This document shows, piece after piece, positions 1-14,135 of a DNA stretch of 64,000 bases. This DNA is from a virus (lineage: Duplodnaviria > Caudoviricetes). The position numbers and the translations under genes were made by a program. The notes beneath the pieces are model-generated. The model was not told the origin of the DNA. It did no database searches and saw only the letters and a list, made by a program, of their open reading frames with translations. Each line of letters opens with the position of its first letter. Position 1 is the first letter of the stretch. Location of the stretch: positions 1 through 64,000 of IMG/VR virus record IMGVR_UViG_3300028591_000011. One strand, written 5' to 3'.

Positions 1-1
1 A

Positions 2-1024
2 TTAGGTATAGATGGAAATGAATCGTATAATACCACAAAAGTGTTTTATGGAAGAAACGGTCATTACATAGATCCATGGGATTAGCCTTACGAGCAATAG
101 TCTGTTTATGACGAATTTGGTGTACCATTTACTAGATTTTAGCCTTTGTACAGCAATACTCCTGTAATAACTCAGTGGACTACAACTAGTTATGCAGAAG
201 AATATCCTTATGATGAAGTTACAAATTATCATCTGAAATGTGAACGTTATATGACAATTACGACTTTTGGATTTTTTACAGCATTAGCACAAAGATGTTT
301 TGAATATCCAGTATATAATGTCGATGGAGTTCTTACAGGACATACTAAAAACCCAAATCACATAAACCGGTTTAAAGATAGATCAGACTCTGTATATTGG
401 TCGTACTGGGGTACTTCTGATAGGGACCTCTTAAATACTGAACCTATAGATATATCTACAACTGCAGATAGAGCTTTTGTCGATGTTTCGTGGAAAGAGA
501 TATTCTCAGTACCGGATGAAGACACTACAAAATACCCAGATGGCAGAAAATGGTTAATAGACGATGGAGAAAATATAGAATTCTGGTGTACGGATCACAT
601 AATAATTGGTCCATATAAAAGCGATACTGCAGGTAGTAACGACAACGCCATTCTTCTTAGTGAAACTTATAATACTTCAGAACAACGTCAATCTGCTATA
701 AATCAATTTATTTTAAGTTCAACGCGAGAGAGATCTTCTGATAAGGCAGGGGCAGATGCACGGTATAATAATGGATATCAGGAGAGATTTGTTCCCTTCT
801 ATGGTTCCGGTCATATAAAATTTAAACAAAATCCGTACGATTTTTATGAAAATGCCCCAGCCCCTGTTATACCAAATCCTGGAACAGAAGAATGGAATAC
901 GTTGATGGCATATAGGAATCAAGAGTTGTCAGATGCTTAGAGATATGACAATGATGAAGCAATTGCATATAAAGTATGGTCGTTGACTGTAAATGAAAGT
1001 AGATTTGGATGGGAAACTTGGTAA
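2..1024 (+). CDS. Hypothetical protein, 5'-truncated by the window edge (probably tail-associated)
   Basis: Frame is open from position 2 through in-frame TAGs (e.g. 938-940) to TAA 1022-1024. Includes track ORF 146..940. Confidence 0.7.
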
Positions 1025-1038
1025 TAATATAATATGAT

Positions 1039-4000
1039 ATGAATACAATAGATAGAAAATATTTATTATTTTAGACGCAAACTGCGTTTGAGGAGGCTTT
1101 GCGTATGAATAATGTACGTAACGATGCTATAGTCTTTATCAAGGATCCTAAGCAAATCTATACTCATGGTACATATTGGGATTGTTAGGATTCTGGTAAG
1201 TAGGATAGCGATTTCTAGGCGTGGTTTAACAAATAGGATGTACCTACAAAGAAATGGGTGCAGGATTATGTCAAAGGATAGCTCGACAAAATTACTCCTA
1301 AGGCAGATGGTACTATAACATATACCGCTGGAGAAGGCATTGATATCACCGGCACTACGATTAAGTTGGCTAAAGCTACCGATTCGTCTAGAGGAGGATT
1401 TAAGACAGGGTACGTCAGAAATGGCAATAGTCTTCCAGTAAGCTTAAATGGACAAGAGAGAGCTTATGTATATATACCGGACGATTTGATTTCTGGAGGC
1501 GGTGGAGGTGGAAATAAGACTAGTAAATATTATGAAATAATATTTAAGACCACTAATACAGATACTCCTCCAGATCTCCCTACGTCCGATAATATGGACG
1601 GATGGAAACAGTATGCCGAAAATAGTGACGGAAGCAAAGTTGTATGGATGGCAATGGGTCTTGTATCAAACGGCACAGTATCTTCGTGGGAAGGTCCTTG
1701 GAGAATAAGTGGTCCAAATGGAGAAAATGGTGTAGATGGAGATAGAATAGAGTATATATACAAACTTACCAGAGAAGAAACAAGACCAGATACTCCAGGT
1801 GGTAACATTGCTGTACAAACAGACGATTACGTACCAAGCGGATGGAAAGATAATCCTTAGGGAATAAACGACAAATAGAAATACGAATGGATGTCGATGC
1901 GCTTTAAGACATTCTCTAAAGAAAATCCTAATGGAGAATGGAGCACGTTTATTTCGCCTGTATTGTGGTCTGCTTATGGCAGAAATGGTACTGATGGAGA
2001 CGGCGTTGAATATATATACTATACATCAAATAACATACCTGTATGGGATAGTACATCGGGTAATGATCCGTCTACTTGGTATAATGATGATTATTATTAG
2101 ACGAGACCTGAATATATAAGAACTGGTTAGGGTTCCTTAACTCCTTAGTTAAATAAGTGGTTAGATGATCCATACGGATTTGAAAACTCGGACGTAAGAC
2201 CTGGAGCTAGAATCTATGTAGCTATTCGTAAAAAGAAGATGGATTCTAGTACCAATACGATGAGGTGGCAAGCGTATAGTAAACCGAAACAGTGGTCATA
2301 TTATGCATTAAATGGAGATGCTGGTATTGGAGTTGTTGCAGATCTTGATAACGATACGATGTGTGTGTCGCTAAAAGAAGATGGAAACAATAATGCATTT
2401 ACTCAATCTTCTAAGGTTTACTTATATAATGGATAGAATACTATAAGTTGTTCTGCTCGTATAATAAGTGCTACATTTAGTGATGGAAGTGTGGCAGAAG
2501 GATGGTCGCAACTTATAAAAGTAGATCAAAATGTAGCAAATAAAATAAACGTAGCGATACCTGCAAACGCTTATAATTTTAAAAACAGGGGCACAATGTC
2601 TGTTGTTATTGAAGTTAAAGGCGTTATAAGCGGCGCAGAAGTTACTAGAGAGGCTGTATTAAATATACTTGGAGTAAACTTTGGTGTAGATGGGGTTTCT
2701 TATTCACTTGTAACTGGAGCAAAAGTTATACGAAAGAATAAAGCTGGTGTATTAGCCCCTAGTAGTATATCCGTACAGTGTACTGAAGTGGACGGTGCAA
2801 TGAATATGAAAACTTGGAATCCTGCCAATTCGCCGGAAGGGTTTAGTTTTTGGTATTTTTTAAACGACGACTATTCAGACGAACGTGAACTTTTTTCGAA
2901 TACTATCGAAACGTCTTGGGGAATAACTGACAGTGTAACAGTACGGCTGAAATATTATAAAGATGGCAATCTGTATACTGTTGATCAAGAAACCATATTT
3001 GTTGTTTCAGATGGTATAGATGGAGGTTGGATTCCAGCAGTATACTATGATATATAGGTACAGTCTACAACACTATCTAAAGTATATACTGGAGATTCTG
3101 CTAAACTATAGGGAAAACTTACGTGGAAAGTATTTAAAGTAGAAGGGAATACTAGAACTGAAATAACATCTGCAAACAAAACAGAAATGGGTGCAGATAT
3201 ATATATGAAATATGGTAATAATTCTACGCCTGCACAGTGGAGCAATTCTGAAAGTTACTGGTATACACAACTAAAAGCAACATGGAATGATAGTTATTCG
3301 TATTCACAAATCATATTGAAAATCGATGATGTTCCTACAGCATCTATAGTAGTACCTACTATAATGAACGGTAAGGACGGTAAAGATGCGGAGAATCTTC
3401 AAACTTTGAGTGGTGCTGTGATGCGTCTTACAGAATGGTAGGCAAATCCTGCGAATTCTTATAATGATGGAACTACTGCAGAAAAGGGAATATATTATCT
3501 TGACGTTGTACAATATGGCAACGAACTATTTAAATGTATAGAATCACATAAACCGCAAACAGCAAATGATCATCCGTTAAGTGAAGGGTTCAGTGGTAAA
3601 TGGTCTAAAATAAACGCCATGAGTGATGCTGCCTTTCATACATTACTTGCAAAAGACTCTTATATAGAAAACCTTACTGCTAAATAGATAGTAATAACTA
3701 AGAAATAGCAAACAATAGGAGGTGAAACTATAGACGTTCCTGTAGCCGGAATGGTTAATAGTGATTATGTCACACAAAAGCGTGTGGATGGTACTGATAA
3801 TATAAGCAGTGATTGTGGTGTGCGTATATTTGCTGGTACTATTCCCGCAACTGGCAATTTGGCTAGTACAGCATTTAATGTAGATGAAATGGGTAACGTT
3901 AAAGCTGGAGCAGGTTCTATTGTATTAAACGCCAACGGTAGTGGTTATGTCGCAGGTGGCAAGATCTCGTGGGATCAAAACGGTAATATTACTGCATTTG

Positions 4001-4488
4001 GAGTTAATCCGTTTATAGGAGGAAGTACACAGTTAGTAAATTAGGCATATAAGAATATGCTCTATATAACTAAAATTTTATTTACGATGTCTGAATCGCA
4101 ATAGAAATGGACAGTTTGCGGATTTATTATATCGAATGGATGGATAGTGGCCCCGTTTAATGTTACTTGTTCAAATAAATATCCTATAACTGTTTCTAAT
4201 TTAGAAAATTATACACTTAGCGCGCAATAGTTGTTTAATTCTTTATGTAGTGAAAATAGTCCATTCTATGATTGCGTTAGGAAGAGCGGATTAATATCTG
4301 TGAATGAGTCAGAATATATCTACGAAAATGGAGACAACATTTGGATAGAAATTCCTGATGGATGTTTCTACTTTAAACAACGGCATGCTGTCGAAGATCT
4401 TATTACCGGTAAACAATCCTATTATTATATGACTCACGAATGGAAGTCTGCTTCGTCTGGATTTGTACAGTGGCAAAATCCATCTTAA
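1039..4488 (+). CDS. Putative tail fibre protein (~1149 aa) with three tandem W-rich modules joined by GxxGxDG linkers
   Basis: Track ORFs 1366, 1891, 2239, 2491, 3187, 3751 and 4231 share one frame and are separated by TAG. Repeats: 'WEGPWRISGPNGENGVDGDRIEYIY', 'FISPVLWSAYGRNGTDGDGVEYIY', 'YSKPKQWSYYALNGDAG'. Ends TAA. Confidence 0.7.
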
Positions 4489-4499
4489 TCTTATAAACT

Positions 4500-6323
4500 A
4501 TGATAAATCGTAAATTTCTGTACTTTAAAACCTTAGCCGGTTTTGAAGCAGCCCTTATAGACAGGGGTGATGATCGTACAGGTATTCGTCAAGATTCTAT
4601 CGTATTTATCGGGCAAGAAAAACTTATCTGGAATCGTGGAGTATTCTACGGAAAAGATGAACATAAAGACGAAAGGAGCAAAGGTCTCTTTTAGTCAGAA
4701 GATCAATTATTACAAACCGTCCCTCTCCCCGTTAAAGGGGATTGGGCGTTTGTAAAAGTTGGAGAGAGGTATTATATATATCTTTGTGAAATAAACGGTG
4801 TATGGGTCAATTCTGGCGACTAGTATCACATGGGAATATCCGAAGAAGAATTAAGACGGATGTTCACATGGTATACTGAAGATTTTGATGATATCATTGA
4901 AGGCGTACAAAAAAGTATAGCTGACGTAGATACAAAATATGGAGATGAGATTGAAGATATTAGAAATATTCTAAAAGGCATCGGAAATTCACCAGAATTA
5001 CCATCAGGTATAATAACCGAAGAAAATATATCACAATACATCCCTCAGAATATAATTACCGAAGGCAATCTTTGGAATTATATAACAATTGATACTGAAT
5101 TGTCCGGAGATTCTGCAAATCCTGTATAGAATTCAGCTATATGGTGGGAACTGTAGAAAAAAGTAGATGCTCCAGAAGAAGGTAGTTTTGCTACGCAAAG
5201 TCAGTTCGAAGAATTATCTGAAGCCGTAGCAGGAAAAGCATTATTGTCCGATTTTCAAGATTTATAGTAGGACGTAACAGACTTATCTGGCGCCGTTAGT
5301 TTAAAGTACAATACAACTGACGCACAAGAAACGTATAGAGACATTCTTGATAGAATATCTAAAAAAGTAGATACTACTACATATCAAGCGCATTGCCAAT
5401 ATGCAGAAACTACATATGCTAAAAATGCAAACATAGAAGGTATGGTATAGCAGTATGTATCAAATATGGCATATCTTCTTGAAAGATCTAAAGGTTATTT
5501 TGATAGCGAATTAGAATTATCAGAAACTGTACCTTATCCTATTGTAGGCGATTGGGCAATTGTAAATATAAATGGCGAGTGGATAATATATAGATGTGCA
5601 GTAGAAGGAGAATGGCAATCTACAGGACAAATATATAGACCTATAGTAGACTTACGTAACTATGTAAAACAAGAAGCTTTAAGCGCATACTCTACAAAAG
5701 AAGATCTTAGACGACATGAAAATGATGCAAGAGGTACCTATCTTACACAAGACGACTTAGCTGACTATGCGTTAAAGACTGATATACCTAAAAATACTGG
5801 TATAGACGAAACAGTATTAAGAAATTATGTAACTAGAACAGATCATAATACACATGTTGCGTACGCAGAAGATACTTATGCAAAGAAATCTCAAGTAAAC
5901 GGATTTGTATCAAAAACCTACGTTGATGAAAAAGATGATACCATAATGGACGTCATAACAAAATTGTAGGCTAGTGTACGATACATATACAATACTTATG
6001 TAAAATGGTCTGAAGCTAATGGTTAGGATCCGCATCAAGACGATCCATACAATCCTATAGGCTATAATAGGATGGTTACATTGAGGGAAGAAGAATATCA
6101 AGGGTTAGTTGCTGCAAATGCGGTTGATGCTAATACCTATTATTTCACATACGAAGAGGACGTACCTGAAAATACTTCTTGGCACTTTGGAGATAAATTC
6201 CCCATCATACTTACAGATAATACAACCAATAATACAGATACATGGAAGTTCGGAGACGAATTCCCTATAACATTTTTAAACGATTGGGAATTTGGAAAAA
6301 CGTTCCCCATTAAATTGACATAA
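4500..6323 (+). CDS. Putative tail fibre/spike protein (~607 aa)
   Basis: ORFs 4500, 4830, 5466 and 6072 join through TAG. N-terminus is paralogous to the 1039 gene. Contains a duplicated 'RSKG.F.SE..L..TVP.P..GDWA.V' domain, the 'IDTELSGDSANPVQNSAI' fibre motif and C-terminal W.FG..FPI repeats. Confidence 0.7.
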
Positions 6324-6327
6324 TATC

Positions 6328-7362
6328 ATGAATTTAAATCACGCAACAAATAAAGCGAATGGCAGCACGCTTAGCGCACAAGAGTGGAATAACCTTGCTG
6401 CCGATGTAAACGAACTCGGCGCAGGCGGAGGAAATAATGGCGACAGTGTAGTTTCTACAGAAATAGATCCTACAGACGCCAATAAGACTTTTGTAAAGGT
6501 TGGAAGTGTTCTTGTTGCAGAACTTACTGCAAAGGGCGATAAAGGAACTAACGTAGGTCTTTCTGGTGATAATAATATAAATATAGAACCGCGTCCTGCA
6601 GCTGGTACCGGAGAAGGAAAAAATACTCCCGGTTTGGCTGATCGTAAGGGTGGAAATATCGCCCTTAAGCCCGGAGATGACATTGAGTTCTGGGGTCATA
6701 AGCGTGGAACTAGTAAGAACGATGAAGTATCACTGAAGATAATGACTGAAGTCCCGAAGGCTTCTGATCCTACTAAGACGGATGAAGTTGCTGCAAAACT
6801 TCAGCTGAATGCTGGCGATATAGTACTCACATCTAAAGATAAGCAGGAAGAGTCAGACGTGATGAATATTACTGTAAACAAAGCAGCTGATACTCGTGGT
6901 TATCTTAAGGTTCGTGCTCAGGCTATTGATCTTCGTTGTGAAGATCATGGTGGTATTGCTCTTCAGCCTAAGGGTGAAGATAGTGATCATCATCAGAATA
7001 AGATTAAGTTTGAACATGGTGGTGGCGACGGACTTGAGTTTGGTACGTTTAATACAGAGAAGAGTTCGCTGTTTACGAAAGAGTATCGTTTTAATAAGGA
7101 CGGTAAAGTACTTTTGGCTACTCGTACAACTCAGGTATCAGATAAAGCTGATGCAAATGATCCTACTACTGCATATAAATATGTTAAGCAGTCTGATGAT
7201 TTCTATGATGTAATTTACGAGGGTGAGTCTGGTAGCGAATTTTATACATACGATCCTACAGATACAGCTGATACTTCTGTAACATGGGGAGATATTGTAG
7301 AATTTATTGCTTGGGCCAAGACTAACCACGAAGGTCCGTTTACTGCACAATCAAATCCTTAA
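6328..7362 (+). CDS. Putative fibre/structural protein (344 aa)
   Basis: Intact ORF with no TAG. N-terminal 'NKANGSTLSAQEWNNLAADVNEL' fibre-anchor-like motif, followed by a beta-rich body. Confidence 0.65.
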   Translation: MNLNHATNKANGSTLSAQEWNNLAADVNELGAGGGNNGDSVVSTEIDPTDANKTFVKVGSVLVAELTAKGDKGTNVGLSGDNNINIEPRPAAGTGEGKNTPGLADRKGGNIALKPGDDIEFWGHKRGTSKNDEVSLKIMTEVPKASDPTKTDEVAAKLQLNAGDIVLTSKDKQEESDVMNITVNKAADTRGYLKVRAQAIDLRCEDHGGIALQPKGEDSDHHQNKIKFEHGGGDGLEFGTFNTEKSSLFTKEYRFNKDGKVLLATRTTQVSDKADANDPTTAYKYVKQSDDFYDVIYEGESGSEFYTYDPTDTADTSVTWGDIVEFIAWAKTNHEGPFTAQSNP

Positions 7363-7368
7363 TAATTT

Positions 7369-7563
7369 ATGATACACATAAACAATCATGACATAACTGG
7401 TGTTTATAGTGGGCATAAAGATATTATAAAAGTATACAGCGGATTATACTTAGTTTGGAGTAAAGAAATAACAACAGATACCGTATTATCGTGTTATTAT
7501 AACGGATATTGGATTGATGAATATCCTTGGACAGATAATACACCTTGGAGAAAAACAGAATAA
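7369..7563 (+). CDS. Small hypothetical tail-associated protein (64 aa)
   Basis: Tightly packed ORF between its neighbours, with a W/Y-rich C-terminus. Confidence 0.6.
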   Translation: MIHINNHDITGVYSGHKDIIKVYSGLYLVWSKEITTDTVLSCYYNGYWIDEYPWTDNTPWRKTE

Positions 7564-7565
7564 TT

Positions 7566-10500
7566 ATGCCATTATACGAAGGATATATAAACGAATTTGT
7601 AGATTGGGTTGATGGACACGATACATCGGCGGATGAGATATCGCAAGTGTACAGAGCATCTTCTACAGGTGGATTACCTGTTTCTGGTAAGTACATACGA
7701 GAACTATTACAGACAAGATTGAAAAAACCTTTCGTATCATATGAAGATACAATAGCTGGTTTATACAGATTGTTTAGTAGTGAAGACATAAAGAACAAAT
7801 GGATCAGAATGAATACAGAAGGTAGTCCTGAATATGATCCAGAAAGTTCTAAGTCACTTGAATTGTTTAACTTTGTAAGACCAAGTGATGTTACGCTTAC
7901 ATTTAGCGGACTTGATCCAAATCCAAAATACATAATAAACGGTGATGAAAACTCAAGAAACGCATTACTTGAGTTTAATGTGTATTTGTCAAAAGAATCT
8001 GGCGGCGGAGTCGTATACGAAAGCGACTCCTTCACCGTCACCTATGAAGTTACAGATTCTAACGGTATAAAACATACACAGTCTGAAGAAAAAGATTCAA
8101 CTTTTTTAAATTCTACGAAAAAGGTAACTAAGAATATATATTCTATGTTATCAATAGGACAGAATATTGTAACTGTAACTATGAAAGCTAAAAATTCTAG
8201 CGCACAAAATTCAGTTACATTTGCAATGTTTTTAGTAGTATTTGAAATAGAAAGTTTATTCGACTATGCTGCTCACTGGGATCCGGAACGACCAATAGAT
8301 ATACCTATAAGTATACGCCGCAGTGATACTTCTCTTAGAATCAGAGTAGATATAACTGTAGACGGGTAGCCTGCTAAATTAGCTGTAGATTATAAAACTC
8401 CAGCTACATGGGAAATAGGCGCTGGAGAATCAAACCCTACTAGAACTATATCTATCGCGAATACATATAGTGCCAATGTTACATCTCAAGATAGAGAACA
8501 GCATGTTCTACAGATAGAAGCGCACATGTATGATCTAGATATGGGTGTTTCTTATCCTAGCAATGTATTATTATTTGACTTTATTGTGGCATCTAGTACT
8601 ATAGGTATTACAAATAAGTTTATAAATACTAAATGTTCGCTTCCTTATAGTAAAGTTTCTACAGATATAGACTCTACTGGACGAATATTCTTTTAGGCTG
8701 TTTAGTATCAGACATTTACGTTGCCTTGGGCTTATTATACAGACAGAGAAACAACATAGCAAACCATAAATGTAGAGTGGGCAACTAGGGTAGAGAATAA
8801 CGGTGTATATACGTACAATACTATAGCGACATTAGAAGGTCGTAATAAAATGCAAAGCGAACCGTTGCGTTTTATTCCAGATTTTTATACTACTGGAAAT
8901 GAGATTTGCCTTGTAGCGTTATATCAAGGAGAAGAAATAGAAGCTTTCCCTCTACAAGTAGAACAAAGTAATCTTTCTATAGTAGAAACTGGAGGTTATG
9001 ATCTTAAATTAACAGCCTTTGGTAAATCTAACCAATCCCCAAATAAAAACGAATGGGCTGACATATATAATAATGTAACTACAACATTTTCTGGAATTAT
9101 ATTTGATGATAATTCTGGATGGAACAAGAACAGTTTTGTTACTAGAGGAATTGACCAACATGCGATTATAAATTATAATCCTATTCCTGCAGATTACGAT
9201 ATTGGAGAATATGGAAAAACTATAGAGATAGATTTTAAAACAGAAAATATCGTAAACGAAAACGATGTTCTTATTACAATAGGAGACCCACAAAAGGGGC
9301 ATATTGATATAAGCACAAATAAAGCTGGATTGTATAATGGACAAAATGAGATAATTCGTACAAATTATAAACCTAACGAGCGTATAAAATTAGCATTTGT
9401 ATTTAATCCAGTTAGATCGGGAGTAGATAATTCTAACTTGATATTCATAATAAATAATGGAATATTAGAACGTGCTACTTCTTACGGAACAGCTTTAAGT
9501 TATTCGTCTGCAAACGGGTTCATAAAAATAGGTGGATCTTATAGCGGAATAAGAGTATATAACATAAGAGGTTACAATAAAGCGTTAAGTTATAGCGAAG
9601 AACTTAACAATTATATATACGATAGTGAAAATAAAGCTGAGATTATTAATAGAAATGATATCTTTACTAGTAGTGTAATTGATTATACGAAAGTAAAAAA
9701 TAAAATTGATACTATATTACTTACGGGCAATTTAAATAAGATATTGTCACAAGGCACAAGTAAAGATGATTCGGAATCTACAATTAATTTCAAAAGAGAG
9801 TGTATAACAGATCCCACTAAGTCGTTTGAAGTTATAAACGGCATGATAAGAAAGCATGGACAATCGACGCTTAGCTATCCTATAACCTCAATGAAACTTT
9901 GGACAAATAAAGCCAAAGAATCTAATGTTGTTACTAATATAAATCTTTCATAGACGCAGAAGGCGGAAGGTCTTAACAAGAACCGATATATAATGAAGAC
10001 TGGAGCTATTCCAGCTAATAAGTTTGTTCTACAAGCAAACTATGCAGACTCTTCTGGTACTCATAATGGATCTCTGCTCAGACTTATCCAAAAAACTTGG
10101 TACGACGCTCAAATAGATGGACACCATATACTTAGAACAGCTCCACAATTGTTTACTTCCGGTGAAGTTCTAACGCATAACGATTCTGATTTGCATGAGG
10201 ACGGTACTTGGGTAGAAGGTTATGGAGTAGGTGCTGCTGCAAATAAAACATGGCCACAGACAACTGGTAAGAATTTCCCGTATACAATTCGTGTTGCACC
10301 AGATTCATTCCCTTGTGCGGTATTCTATCAAAATGGCCCTAACGACGGATATCATTTCTTAGGTCAATACGTTTTCATGGATGACAAGAAATCAGACTAT
10401 ACCTACGGCGAACGCAGTATATACCATTTTGGAACTGATAACGATCCGTTCGTCCTTAAGACGGAAAACACAAAGAACGGACCTTTAGGTAGACAAGATA

Positions 10501-13500
10501 CAGACGAAAATAAAGTTTGGGACAATAAAGACGTATTGAGAATAGAAGTTGTTCTTCCCGACACCACGTTGACTAGCTATATGGATTTCGATGTAACCGA
10601 CAAAGACGGGAATGTTGTACCATGTACTACAATCAAAACAGACGCTGCTGGAAATCCAGATAAATATTATTGGGAAGATTATTTCGAAATGATATTTCCA
10701 GATGAAGACGATGTAGCGGAAGATGATGCAAAAGACGGTATAAATAAATTTAATCCAAATTCTAAATTTGTAAAAAAAGTACAACCGTTTATAAACTTCC
10801 TAAAATGGATTACTGATTGCAAAAAGAATTATGCAAATGCTACATAGTGGTGGTCTGCTGGTACATATAGTTCTACACAACAAGCATTTGAAGCTACCGC
10901 TGCACAACATCTTGATTTATATAAAATAGCTGCATATTATATATTCTTCTTACGTTTTGGACTTGTAGACTCTGTAGAACGTAATGCTTAGTTAAAGACG
11001 TATGATGGTCAACACTGGCATTATGAACCTTGGGATATGGATATCGCATGTGGAGAAACTAACCAAGGTGCTCTGATATTAAATCCACCTTTAAATAGAG
11101 AAAGTGTAGAACCAGGTACTACTACATATGCATATTCTGGTAAAAAATTAAATAGTACCAGTAACACATTATTTGACTGTCTTGAAAATTGGGATTATTG
11201 GGCTAATACACTAGTTCCAAATGTAGCACAAGCTCTATATGATGCAGGTCTTGATTACGACTCTATAATGGAAATGTTCGATGGACAATATGCAGATGCG
11301 TGGTGTGAAGCGATGTATAATGAATCTGGAAATTTCAAATATATACAAAACGGAGGTGGAGATTGGTTAAAATGGTTACACGGATCTAGAACGTCTCATA
11401 GACATTGGTGGATTAGTACATCTATGAATTATTATGACGCCAAGTGGTCTTGTGGTGCATTTAATTCTCACCGAGTTAGAATATTTACGGATAAAAAACG
11501 CAATTCAGATTTAAACGATCCTGACATTATTACTATAAAGCCGACATCTGACACATTTATCAAAATAGCTAACCTTGAAGGTTAGGGTCTCGTCGACATG
11601 CACCAAGTTATAAAGAACGATTCTGAAAGTTGGAAGTTCGATGTATCGAATGCAGTATTTTCTACAAAGGACCCGGCTTATATATACGGCGGTACGTTTA
11701 TTGAGGAGATAGACTTGAGTTCTATATCAGAAAAACTAAAAGCGGCAGACTTTGCGTTGTGTTACGATAACATATTAGGTGCCCCCATAAAAAAAGTTAA
11801 CGTGGGCCTACCATATACAGAAATATCTTCTACACAATACCAAGGTAAAGTATCCGGTACTCAAATGAGATTAGAAGGATACGATCCTATAGCAAAAACA
11901 GACGCTTTTGAGAATCTGTAGATACTCGATATTACAGGACAAGCAAGTATTACGACCACTTCAGAATTACTTGGATCTACAGATAGAAGAAATGTTACGG
12001 ACGTATATGCAATAGGTAGCGGTATTACAGAATTTATAAGTTCTTAGTCTGGTAATAAATTTAATACAATTAAATTGCCAGCCGTAACAACAGTTACATA
12101 TACTGGTCAAAATCCTACTACAACCATATTTAACACATTGTCTATGACAAATAGTTCTTGGTAGAATATAGAATTTTGGAATACAAATAGATCTGGCGAT
12201 ATAGTATATATGAGAGACGAGAATGATGAACTTATTCTCGACGACGAAGATAAACCTATCGCAGAACCATCTGTTGCTACGTTTACAAAAACTGCAATAC
12301 CTTATCAGTTACATACTGTGCAATTTAAGGGAAGTACAGCATCGAATGAATGTGCTGGTCAATTTATATTAGATTGGATAGAATCTATAGATAATAGTTT
12401 GCCAGTAGGTCATACAGAAGAAGATTTGTATGAAGCACTTTCGTCCAAAAGTTTTTAGGCTGAGAATATAAATTGGGGGTTGAGCAATCAAAGTATACAG
12501 TTTACATATCAAGATGTTGCTAGGATTGCACACATGAATAATGGTAATAATTCTGGCGGATTAATTAAAGGTTATATAGTATTGTCTGATGACCATGACC
12601 TCACAGCTGAACAAGTCAACAATCTTGCATAGTGGTTTGGTCAATCTGTATTTACTAAGAGTTCTAAGAATAGTGGTCTTGTGATAGATCATATGCGGCC
12701 ATATGTATAGATTACTTCATATGGTACAAGTGTTGTAGATAACGAACTTATATTAAATGAAGGTAGTTCTACGTCTTTGATTGCTACTAGATTTACTTTA
12801 TCTGAAGATAGTTCTGATGAATTTAGTTGGTCTGTAACTACCGGACAAAACATTCAAAGTTCTGGTAAAAATAGAGAAAAATCTGTATATCTCTAGGCCG
12901 GAGATGATGGGATGATGTATTTAGTTGCAGAGGGTGATGGAACATATGGGGATTATTATGTTACAGTAACTGCTTCTAGTGGAAATGTCACATCAATGCT
13001 TACTATAAAGATAATAGGAGCTATACTTCCTGATCATATAGAAATCGCATTAAGAACAGTATCTGGAGATCCCGCAAGAAGATTTTCTTTATCGCAGCAA
13101 TTAATATCTGCTATGCCTACCGTATTTAATAATTACGCGTATGATGCTCATAATAATAATGCAATAAGGGATACTTATTTACTATTTTCTTCTGGACAAC
13201 AAGTAGAATTTTATGCTAGAGCTATAAACGGGCCAGTTCCTTCGACAATACCGATAAATTCCATACGATATTCTATATCTACAATATTACCTACTCTTAC
13301 AACTTATTAGTAGTTAACCGGATACGAAAATGTTGTTTCAAATAGAATAGGTGACGGAATTCTTCATTATGTAAAGTGCGCAGAAAATAGAGGTATTGTA
13401 GTTGGTGTTACGTCGGCGCCTTCGTCTTTATCTATATATGAATTAAAAGCATATGTTACTGTTGGAGCAATGGTGTATGCAAAGACGATAAACATAATAG

Positions 13501-14129
13501 CTTATGACGATAGCTCGGTAATCCATTAGGAAAGTACATCTCGACCTGTATAGAATGTGTTGAATTCTTTGTACTATTAGATATACGGAACTGATAAAGA
13601 TAAATATTATAAATCTGATTTGTTATAGTTAGTTGGTGGATTGGATTTTTCTCAAGAAACAAATATCGAATATCTTAACACAGAGACGAATGAAAATTTG
13701 TTGCAGTATTTACCTAATATTACATCTTTAAATTTTGAAGGTTGTACGCATCTTAGTATGAGTACTCTTGGAACATTTAATTAGACGCAAGACACGTTGT
13801 TGTTTACACAAATGGACAAGTTATAGAGTATAAATATGGATGGTGTCGCTACTGGCAATATAGTAATAGATTTATCTAACCTACAGTCGTTAACTTCCAT
13901 AAATTTAGAAAATACTAGAGCTGGTATAATATTACCTCCGCAATCTGCTGTATCTTCAATACAGTTAGGATCTCCGACTAAGGTATCTATTACCAATCCT
14001 ACTCAACTTGGAGACGATGGAACTACATTTACAATTTAGGATTCGTAGTATCTGGATGACATATCTTTAATTAACTGTAACACTACAACTGTTCATGGAT
14101 TTACAATGTTCAATACTTTATACGAATAA
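7566..14129 (+). CDS. Large multidomain tail-associated protein (~2187 aa): LamG/ConA-like domain, CotH-kinase-like domain, C-terminal LRRs
   Basis: Eight same-frame track ORFs joined through TAG. LamG-like 'KTIEIDFKT...IRVYNIRGYNKALS'. CotH-like 'HGQSTLSYPITSMKL', 'VLQANYADSS', 'DSVERN', 'PWDMDIACG'. LRR 'LPNITSLNFEGC', 'LSNLQSLTSINLENT'. Ends TAA 14127-14129. Confidence 0.75.
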
Positions 14130-14135
14130 TACACT

